NCBI GenBank assembly: GCA_963714085.1
Contig: OY970229.1
Span: forward strand, 312,392-376,391
Length of the DNA stretch: 64,000 bases
Reading direction: 5' to 3'
From: an uncultured Candidatus Micrarchaeota archaeon
GTDB lineage: Archaea; Micrarchaeota; Micrarchaeia; Anstonellales; Bilamarchaeaceae
Shown here in pieces: positions 12,101-21,800 of this stretch. How positions within the stretch are numbered: position 1 is the stretch's first letter; the number at the start of each line of letters is the position of its first letter. A program made the translations under genes and the position numbers. Below the pieces are notes generated by a model. It saw only the letters and a program-made list of their open reading frames with translations. It searched no databases and had not been told where the DNA came from.

Positions 12101-15100
12101 AGGTCGTGTTGGCTATGGTCGTGTCGTTGGTGAACTCCATGAAGAGGCCGTCGTTGTTGAGCGTGTCGGAGCCGCTGACCACGCTGTCCGTGATGTTCGA
12201 GCCGTCCGCGCCGCACAGGATGATCTCGGCGGCGTCAAGGCCGTCCCACGAGACCGGCTCGCTGGAATAGTATATCGGGCGGCCTGCGGAGCCGGTGTTG
12301 TTGAGCACCGTGGTGTTCTGGCAGTCCTCCACGGAACCGGGGTACACGCCGAAATCGGAATAGCCGTTTTCCGCTGCAGTGTTGTTGTACAGGGCGTTCT
12401 GCGCGTAGTCGAGGATGCCGAAATTCTCGTTGTTGTCGGCGGTGTTGTTGACCAGGATGTTCTGCGACCCACCGTTATAGATGCCGATTTGGTTGTTGTC
12501 CGCGTGGTCGTTGGACAGGTTGGTCTGGTTCGATGATGAGAGCAGGATGCCGAACACGCTGTTGTTGTCGAAAATGCTGTTGGATATGGTGTTCTGGTTC
12601 GACGAATCAAGGGAGATGCCCCAGGTGCCGGAGTAAAAGCCTGCGCTGACTTCGGTGATGTTTGTGAAGACGCTGTCGTTGGACTGGTAGACGTAGACGT
12701 TGTAGGTGTAATTGGATATCAAAGGGCAGTTCTGCACAGTGACGTTGGTGAGCGAGCCGTTGAGCAGGATGCCGTAGCGGTCGGTGAACATGTAGTCGTT
12801 CGTGATGGTGTGGCCGTTGCAGTCGTAGACCACGTTCGAGGCGGCGATCTTCACGCATGCCGCGCCAGGACTCGGCATCTCCGATGCGTCGTTCGGGGCT
12901 CCCGTGTAATCGGAAGGCTGGAGATAGGTCCCCGGCGAGGTGATGACCGGGCAGCTGGTCGCGTTATAGGTCACGTTCCTCTCTTCGGTGCAGCTCTCGG
13001 CTCCGTTGATGTCCTGCGCGCAGCCGTAATAGGCGAGGTTGTCCTCCCCGAACGGCAACGAGCCGAAGGACTGATTTGTGGAGAACTGCCATTTGCCGGC
13101 ATCGTACTTGTTGAGGTTGGACTCGTAGAGCTGCTGGATCTCGGACGCGGAGAGGGTGCGGTTGTATACGCGGATCTCGTCTATCGTGCCCTGGAAGTTC
13201 TGGGAGAAGCCGGTGAAACCCATGCCGCCGACAAGGTATTGGCCGCCGGCGGAATTGAATACGGGATTATACGACGACGCGCTTCCTGATGCCGCACCAT
13301 CGATGTAGAAAGTCGCGGTGGAGCCGTCGTATGTAACGGTGAGCTGGTGCCAGTCGCTGTCCGCGACCGTGCCTGTCGATCCGCCGAGGACGACGTTGCA
13401 GGCCCAATCGAAGAACACTGTGTTATCAGCGGCTATGCCGAGGCCCCAGCCGTTGCAATCGTGGGTATATATGATGGCCTCGCCTCCAGAGACGCTGGTG
13501 CGGTCCCTCTTTATCCAGGTCGAGACGGTCATCGGAGTGTGATCCAGGTTGCCCATGGTGAAGTTGTCGTCCACCCCGTCGAAGTGGTACGCGCCGCCGT
13601 ATACGCCGTCCGAGGTCCATGCCGGGCAGGACGAGCCGCTGCACGTGGCGTTGTTGCCGTACATGCTCACGTCCGTGACGTGGCTGTCATTCTCCCCCAG
13701 GGCGGAGACGTTGTCGAAGTCGTACATCAGCACGAGGCTGCCATCATAGGGGGTGTAGTTCGTGCCGTTCCAGTCGTAGGTGAGCTGGCCCAGCGGATAG
13801 CGAGTCTCGTTCACGCTGATGTTGACCAGGATGCTTGAATTGGACGTGAACGCGGCCTCTGGCGGAGTGGGCGGGCTGAACGCGATGGCCGGCCCGAAGA
13901 CGCGGCTTGTTATATGCCTCGTTTCCGTGCATTTTCCGTGTCCGTTGATGTCCTGCGCGCAGCCGGAATAGGTGAAAATGTGGTCCCCGCCCGAGAGCAC
14001 GTCGAACGACTGGTTGATGGAGAACTGCCATTTGTTCGTGTCGTATTTGTCGAGGTTGGATTCGTAGAGCTGCATGACTTCCTGTGCCGAAAGCGAACGG
14101 TTGTAGACGCGGAGTTCGTCCATGCTCCCTTGGAAATAGCTTCCCACTCCGGCTCCTATGAGGTATTGCCCGCCGCTGGAATTGAACGTATCGTTGTAAG
14201 ACTGGCTTCCGGCCGGATTGCCGTCGATATAGAAGGTCGCGGTGGAGCCGTTGTACGACATGACGACCTGGTGCCAATCCGTGTCCGTGATAGTGCCCGT
14301 TGAGGCGATGGTGTTGACGCAGGTATGCGAGAACACCAGGGTGTTGTCAGGCCATATGAAAAAGCTCCAGCCGTTGCAGTTCCCGCTGGCGATGAGGCCC
14401 TGATAACCCGGGCGGCTGGTGCTGTTAAGCTTTATCCAGGTGGAAACCGTGAGCTGGTTATCATCCAGATTGTTCGCATTGAACTGGTCGTCCACTCCGT
14501 CAAATACGTACGCGCCGCCGTATACGCCGTCCGGGGTCCATGCCGGGCAGGACGAGCCGCTGCACGTGGCGTTGTTGCCGTACATGCTCACGTCCGTGAC
14601 GTGGCTGTCGTCCTCCCCCAGGGCCGAGACGTTGTCGAAGTTGTACATCAGCACGAGGTTGCCATCATAGGGGGTGTAGTTCGTGTTGTTCCAATCGTAG
14701 GTGAGCTGGCCCAGCGGGTTGAGCGTCTCGTTGATGCTGATGTTGATGGGGACGCCCGGGGCGCTCGTTACGTTGCCGTCGGCCGGGGTCGGCGGGCTGA
14801 ACGCGATGTCCGGCCCGATGTTGTGCAATGTGATGTTCCTCGTCTCGGTGCAGGCCGTATCGGCAGCGCTATCCTGCACGCAGGCGGAATATGTGAAGTT
14901 ATAGTAGCCGGCTGGCAGAGAGCCGAACGGCTGGTTGACTGAGAACTGCCATGTGCCTGCATCGTATTCGTCGAGGTTGGAGAGGTAGAGCTGCCCGACC
15001 TCGGACGGCAAGAGGCTGCGGTTGTAGACGCGCAGCTCGTCTATCTTTCCCGGGAAATATTGATCGGATGCAACAACGAGACCCCCTATCGTGTACGGCC

Positions 15101-18100
15101 CGCCGCCGGAATTGAAGGTATACCCGAAATATTGGTTCCCGGCCGAAGCGCCGTCTATGTAGAATCTCACGGTGTAGCCGTCGTCGGTCACGACGATATT
15201 GTGCCATTGCGTGTCATTGATTGTGCCTGCCGATTTGACGTGGTCGATGCATCTGTCTGCGAGCCACAGGGTATTGTCCGGTCCTACGTACAGTTCCCAA
15301 CCGCCGCAGTTCTGGGCGTCGATAATCTCCTTGCCGCTGGCGAAGCTGGTGGTGTCCAGCTTTATCCAGGCCGAGACGCTGAATATGTTCATGTCCAGGT
15401 TGCCCGTGGTGAAGTAGTCGTCCACGCCGTCGAAGTGGAATGCGCCGTTGTATTTGCCGGACGGGGTCCATGTGGGGCAGGTCGAGCCGCTGCATACGGC
15501 GTCATGGCCGTTCATGCTCGCGTCGGCGACGTGGCTGCCGTCCTCTCCCAATGCGGAGAGGTTGTCGAAATGATAGAGGAGCACGAGGTCGTCGGTTGGA
15601 TCGAGCGTGCGGTTCGTGCCGTTCCAGTCCAGGATGAACCGGGTGAGCGGATTCGAGGTCTCGTTTATGCTGATGTTTATCGGGACCGTGGAACCGCTCG
15701 TGTTCGTGCCCTCGTCCGGGGTCGGCGGTGCGAATGCTATCTGCGGCGGGATGACGTGGTGCGTTATGTTCCTCGTCTCCGTGCAGTTCTCGTTGGCAGC
15801 GGTGTCCTGCGCGCAGGCGGAATAGGTGAAATTGTAGTCGCCGGCCGGCAGAGAGCCGAACGGCTGGCTGGTGGAGAACTGCCATGCGCCGGAACCGTAT
15901 TTGTTGGGGCTGGATTCGTAGAGCTGCTGCATCTCATCTGCGGTGAGGGAGCGATTGTAGATGCGGACATCGTCCATCGTGCCGTTGAAGCAGCTGTTTT
16001 CCCCATCATAGGCGCATCCGAGCACGTATGGCGCGGCGCCGTTGAAGGTGGGCGAATACGGGTTCGCAATCCCTACCTGGACGCCGTCTATGTAGAATGT
16101 CGCTGTGTAGCCATCGTAGGTTAACGCGACCTGGTGCCATGTGTTGTCCGTGATCGTGCCTGCTGAGCCAATGGTGAAATGGCCGTGCCATTGGAGATAG
16201 AGATGGTCGCCCGAATCCACCCCGAAGCCCCAACCGTCGTATTGCGCGGGATGGAAGATGGTCATCCAGCCGGAGGAGTATGAACTCTTGTTTATCCATG
16301 CGGAGACAGTCATCTGGTTCATATTGAAGTTGCCCCTGACGAGGGCGTATTGCGAGCCGTTGAAATGCATCGCGCCGCCGTATACGCCGGCCGGGGTCCA
16401 GGTCGGGCAGGTCGAGCCGGCGCATTCCGCGTCATGGCCGCCCATGCTCGAGTCGATGATGTGGCTGCCGTCCTCTCCGAAAGCGGAGAAGTTGTCGAAA
16501 CGGTAGAGGAGCACGAGGTCGTCGCTGACGTCGAGCGTGCGGTTCGTGCCGTTCCAGTCCAGGATGAACCGGCTGAGCTGGTCGGAGGTCTCGTTCATGG
16601 TGGCGCTGATGGGTATTGTTGAATTGGACGTCACCGTGGCTTCGTCCGGGGTCGGCTGGGAGAAGGCTATCTGCGGCGGGATGGGCTGGAACGTAACGTT
16701 CCTCGTCTCTGTGCAGTTCCCGTTGTCGATGTCGTCCTGCGCGCAGGCGAAATAGGTGAAATCGTGGTCGCCGGCCGGCAAGGAAGCGAAGGGCTGGTTG
16801 GCGAAGAACTGCCATGCGCTCGCGTTGTCTTTGTTGAGGTTGGATTCGTAGAGCTGCTCTATCTCCATGTCGGAAAGCGCGCGGTCGTAGACGCGGACCT
16901 CGTCTATCTTTCCGTTGAAGTAATCGCCCCAATTAGGGTCCTTTCCCAGGGTGAACTTGTTCACGGTGTTCTGCCCGCTTGTCGGATACGTTCTGTATCT
17001 CACCCCGTTCTTATAGAACGTCACGCTGGACGCTGTGTATATCACCGCGACCTGCTGCCACTGGTTGAAATCAACCGGTGCGGTCTGCTGCCGATTAGGT
17101 CCTGTGTCCCCGGTGTATACCTCCCAATCGGACGTTCCGCCCTCTATAGTAAGGGTGCGGTCCCAGTTGTAATCATCGTCGCTGAACACGTCCTGCCGGC
17201 TTCCGCTCGTAGTTGTCGGATAGACCCACGCCACGAACGTCATGTACGGCATCGCGGAGGGCTGTATGTCGAGATTGGTGCCCAGAGCGTCGGATCCGTC
17301 GTATGAGAATGCGCCGCCGTATTTGCCGTCAGGCGTCCATGTCGGGCAGTTGCCGTTGCACGTGGCGTTGTTACCGTACATGCTCAGGTCCGTGACATGG
17401 CCGTCGCCCTCCCCCAACGAGGAGAGGTTGTCGAAGTTGTACATCAGGACCAGGTCCGGGCTGTACACGCTATCGTTATTCAGCTGGGGGCCGCATGTCA
17501 GGTTCATGGCGCTCGGCTTATAGCAGCGGAAGTCGCAGTCCCCGTAGGTGGGCCCGTAAGGCCAGCAACCGCCCCCGTATGTGACCGTGCACGAGCTGCT
17601 CCCTATCGCGCAGTTTCCGCAGTCGACGCCTGCGCCTCCGCCGCATGTACCGCATCCGACGCCCCATTTCGATGTGTAGCCGGATATCACGGTCCCTGCC
17701 GGGCAGGACAGGGTTATCGTAGACTCTTCGCCCGAGGCTTCATGGACGTTTACGACGCTGCTGTTGGCCGGGACGGAACTGCCGTTCCAGTCGAAGACGA
17801 ACTTTCCGAGAGGCAGCGTCCCCTCGTTGATGCTGATGTTGATAGGTATGGTCGAATTGGATGTGTTCGCGGCCTCATCTGGGGTCGGAGGGGTGAAGGC
17901 TATGCCTGGCGGCGTTACGGGGCAGAGCGGGGCGAAGATGCTTCCGAGATCGGTTATGTTGGCGAACACGAATTTGTTGACGGTGTCCACTCCGTATGAG
18001 GACGAGAAGTTTGCGGTGTCGGTTATCCATCCAGCGCCGTTTTGGGTGGTGTATTTTCCCATGAAGAGCAAGCTCTCGTTCAGCCGCGCGAGGTCCGCAG

Positions 18101-18413
18101 GGCTGTAGCTGAAGTTGAGGAAGAGGAACGAGTCCGGCGAGTTGGAGGTGGCTTCCACGAACCTGTTGATGTCTGCCGTGAGCACCGGCCTCCGGGCATT
18201 GATGCTGTTGGAGGAGCTGGTGCCGTTCTCGAAGAGCTTTATCTGCAGGGTGTTGTTCCCGGAATCGCCATAGCCGTATTCCGCGGCATGGTCGTAGAAG
18301 ATAATATATACGCGGTTGGGCGCCGTGCCCGCGACCCCGTAGGTGATGTTGCTGTCCACCCCGTTGGTGACTAGGTCCGACCACACGCCGGCGACCAGGT
18401 AATCCGAACCCTG
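1..18413 (-). CDS. Giant surface protein B, continuation after the frameshift (3'-partial; ~6,137 codons in-window). It contains a SUEL-like segment, 5 LamG cassettes, 2 beta-helix modules and >=32 Ig-like domains.
   Basis: This is the minus frame whose codon first bases are 2 mod 3. I checked codons at 17768, 8738 and 53, and all are in this frame. From 18413 the translation is collinear with gene A (QGSDYLVAGVWSDLVTNGVDSNITYG vs QDGDYLVAGLWTDLVSDGVNGTITYG). The ORF track lists no minus-strand ORF in this frame anywhere in 1-18413, as expected if there is no stop before the left edge. Upstream the frame is open only to a TAA at 18696-18698, and the only in-frame alternative start there is GTG 18450-18452. 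Confidence 0.85.
9191..11078 (-). other. Gene B: beta-helix module d plus cap
   Basis: CPVISTSGTFSPMNNLFGAPNDASEMAEGGTACVEINSSDVVFDCNGYNITMD (Cys codon 11076-11078). PbH1 turns follow, then the 2-Cys insert (YCQNNITDLIGSGYRPVYYSDEPVPWDGLDAAEIELCGASGS). The cap ends ...GTYGILQH. Confidence 0.7.
11079..12953 (-). other. Gene B: beta-helix module c plus cap
   Basis: CPVITSPGTYLQPSDYTGAPNDASEMPSPGAACVKIAASNVVYDCNGHTITND (Cys codon 12951-12953). PbH1 turns follow, then the 2-Cys insert (EDCQNTTVLNNTGSAGRPIYYSSEPVSWDGLDAAEIILCGADGS). The cap ends ...GAYGIFES. Confidence 0.7.
13115..17470 (-). repeat. Gene B: 5 LamG cassettes; the last four form a regular ~0.93-kb tandem cassette
   Basis: LV(L)(M/L)Y.FDN(L/F/V)S starts lie at about 17470, 16520, 15590, 14660 and 13730. 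Each cassette ends F(N/P/Q)G.(I/M)D(E/D)(V/L/I)R(V/I)YNR(S/T/A)L....(I/V/M).QLY. Shadow ORFs 15607..15825 and 16537..16755 are 930 nt apart. Confidence 0.8.
17495..17725 (-). other. Gene B: Cys-rich SUEL-lectin-like segment
   Basis: My translation is ITLSCPAGTVISGYTSKWGVGCGTCGGGGAGVDCGNCAIGSSSCTVTYGGGCWPYGPTYGDCDFRCYKPSAMNLTCG. It is positionally equivalent to gene A 59070-59305. Confidence 0.4.
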
Positions 18414-18844
18414 GTTATGCCCTGCGAACTCATGTAGTCCTCGTCGCAGCACGAGCTGTCGTCCGAGACTACGGTTTCGTTGTTCATGTAGATGAAGCCG
18501 TTCGTGCTTATCCTTATGTGGTCGTTCTGCCTTCCGAAAAGCGTGACGTTGAAGGGGAGCGTTATGTCGTCGCTGACGCCCTCGTCCCCGTACATCGACC
18601 CCAGGACGGTCATGCCAGATACGGGCGTGAGGTCCGTGGCGGTGTTGGATGAAAGGACGCTTCCGTTCGTCCCCGCGTAGTAGGCCACGGAGCCGTTATA
18701 ATCGACAATGGTCGGGCCGAAGGACGTGATGCTGCTGGGACTGCCCGCCCCGCCCGAGAGGCCCGTGACTTTGGTGCCGTCTCCCTGGGTCGAGAGTATG
18801 TCTATCTCGATGTTCGGCGAGCCGCTGTTTGTCCTAGGGCGCCC
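17925..18844 (-). other. Gene B: NIDO-like region, split by the frameshift
   Basis: ITLPFNVTLFGRQNDHIRISTNGFIYMNNE is in the upstream frame. YLVAGVWSDLVTNGVDSNITYG ... NNTLQIKLFENGT is in the downstream frame. The region is collinear with gene A 59500-60411. Confidence 0.4.
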
Positions 18845-21800
18845 GGAATCCTGGATGTTCACGTCCTTGGGCTCGAAGGACAGCGTGTTGTTGCCCAGGC
18901 TGAGGTTTTGGACCACGATGCCCGTGGAATCGTCGCTCGAGGAGAAGGCCCAGAGCGAGTTGCCTGATGCGTTGCAGCTGGTGAAATTGCTGTCCTGCGT
19001 CGAGTTGAGTGCGAAGCCGATGCTGTTGTTGTGCGCCGTGACTGAGGCGAAGGTGTCGTTGTCGGACTGGTAGGCGTAGAGGCCGTAGGTGTAATTGGAT
19101 ATCAGAGGGCAGTTCTGGACCGTCACGTTGGTGAGCGACGGGACGATCGCGATTCCGTAGGAGATGCCGGTTGTGCCGTTGCCGGTTATGGTGTCGCCGT
19201 TGCAGTCGAAGACGACGTTGGAGGCTGCTATCTTCACGCATGCCATGCCTCCATCGGGCATCTCCGAGGCGTCGTTCGGAGCCCCCAGGTAAGAGTTCGC
19301 CATGGTGAACGTCCCGGGCGAATCCACCACCTGGCAGGTCTGGATGGTCTCGAGTATGCCGTAGGTGCTCGCAGGATTCAGGTTCGTGAGGGCGAGTGTG
19401 TCCGCGCCGGTATCGAGCGCCGCGCCCGTATTGCTCCATGTTCCGTTGTATTTCCAGAGCTGGAAGCTCGATTCGTTGTGCCCTGAGCTCTCGGGATCGG
19501 TCCAGCTCCAGCGGATGGAGTCTATGGATACGGTCCCGGAGACTTTCGATATGTTCACGAACTTCTGCGCGAATGATACGCGGTTTTGCGGGAGGGTGGG
19601 CGGGCTATTCGCCCATTTTATCGTGTACGTCTCGCTTTTCAGCTGGTCGTTTATCGAAAGGTTCGTGTAGCCGGCCATGCTGCCCGTTGGATTGTCGAAC
19701 ACCACTCCTGTGAGGTTCACCGTCCTGTTGGTGCCGTCCGTCGTTATATAGAAACTTGCCACCGAATTGTTGAAGTAGCGGTCGTAGGAGATCTGCGTAT
19801 TGTTGCTTTTTTGGATGTATACGCCGTATTGGCTGTTGTCGTGCGCGGTGTTGTTGGTCAGGTTGTCGTTGTTGCTGCTTTGGAGGTAGAAGCCATAGCC
19901 GGAGCCGGACACCGTGTCGTTGGTGAACAGGTCTCCGTTGCTGCTTTGCGGGGAGAAGCCGTAACTGCAGCCGTATACCGTGTCGTTGGCGAACAGGTCT
20001 CCGTTGGACTGGTATGCGACGGCGCCGTACGTATAGGCCGATATCCCCGGGCAGTTCTGCACCGTCACGTTGCTGGCAGAGCTGCTGACCATTATGCCGT
20101 AGGTCGTTCCCGCGATGCCGTGGTTGGTTATCGCATGGCCGGCGCAGTCGAAGACCACGTTTGATGCGGTTATTTTCACGCACGCATTGCCTGCGAGCGG
20201 CGATACGCTGTTCGGGGCGCCGGAGTAGTCCCTGTCCATGGTGTAGAGGCCTGGAGCGGATATCACCGGGCAGTTGATGTTGTGGTATGTCACGTTCCTG
20301 GTCTCGGTGCAGTTCTCATTTGCGCCGCTATCCTGCACGCAGGCGGAATACGTGAAATTATAGTAGCCGGAGAGGGGAATGAAGCCGAAGGGCTGGTTGA
20401 GGAGGAACTGCGTGCTGCCGGGGTTGTAGCTGAGGGGATTGCCTAGATAGAGCTGCTGGATCTCCGATGCCGAGAGCGAGCGGTTGTAGATGCGGACCTC
20501 GTCCATCGTGCCGTTGAAGAACTCGCTGGAGGGGCTCGTGCCGTGCGAGCCGAGCATGAGCGGATATGGCGAGCTCGGGATGGCCCCGGATTGGGCGCGC
20601 CAGTTGTCAAGGACGCCGTTGATGTAGAGCTTCTCCTGGCTGCCGTCGTAGGTGGCTGTGAGCATGTACCACTGTCCAGAGCTCAGGACGGTGTTGGAGT
20701 CCAAGGCATAGCCGGGGTTCGCTGTCCAGAACTCGGCATGGACTCCGTTGGTGCGCAGCGCGTATGTCGCGTATGGGGAACCCCAATACGGCGTGATGGG
20801 GTTGGCCAGCTTGGTGATGAGGTCCTCGTAATAGGGGAAGTTGTCCGAGACATTGACCCACACCGAGAGGGTCAGCCCGTTGGTCGGGTCCAGCGATGGG
20901 CTGTCGGGCACTGTGAGGTAGTCGGTCCCGTCGAAGTGATAGGCTCCGTTGAACCTGCCGGCAGAAGTCCATTTCGGGCATGACGTGCCGCTGCACGTGA
21001 TGCGGTTGCCGTACACGCTAGAGTCGGCGATGTGGCTGCTGTCCTCGCCCAATGCGGAGAGGTTGTCGAAATGATAAAGGAGCACGAGGTCGTTGGTGGG
21101 CTCGTACGTGAGGTTCGTGCCGTTCCAGTCCAGGACGAGCCGGGTGAGCGGGTTGGAGGTCTCGTTCACGGTCACGTTTATGGGTATCGACGAATCGTTT
21201 GTTGCCGCCGCTTCGTCCGGGGTCGGCGGGGCGAATGCTATCTCCGGCGCGATGACGTCGTGCGTTATGTTCCTTGTTTCCGTGCAGTTCTCCGAGCCGA
21301 ACGCGTCCTGGACGCAGGCGGAATACGTGAAATTGTATTCGCCGGCGGGCAAAGAGCCGAACGGCTGGTTCGTGAAGAACTGCCAGTTGGTGGAATCGTA
21401 GAGCTGTGCTATCTCGGATGGCGGGAGGACGCGGTCGTAGACGCGCAGGTCGTCTATCAGGCCCTGGAAGTAGAAGCCACCGTCCATGTTCTGCTCCCCT
21501 ACCCCGTAGTGCCCTGCGCCGGAATTGAAAGTGTCGCTGTACCCCTGGCTGCCTGCCGGGACGCCATCTATGTAGAAGTTGACGTTGGAGCCGTCGTATG
21601 TGACGCTGACGAAATGCCAGGCCGTGTCAGTGATTGTGGAGGAGGATGCGCGGTCGCTATTGCACGTGTGGGTGAGCCGCAGTGTGTTGTCGGAATCGAT
21701 GCGCACGCCCCATCCTCCGCAGTTCATGGAGGCGAATATTCCGTCGTTGGAACCGACCCGGTCCCTCTTTATCCAGGCGGTGAACGTCAATGGGACGTTG

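Noticed and set aside
18405-18420. Programmed -1 ribosomal frameshift at the gene B break.
   Set aside because: The sequence around the shift (AUA ACC AGG GUU) contains no X XXY YYZ slippery heptamer, and I see no obvious stable stem-loop or pseudoknot just downstream. A 1-nt indel (error or mutation) in a CCC run explains it more simply.
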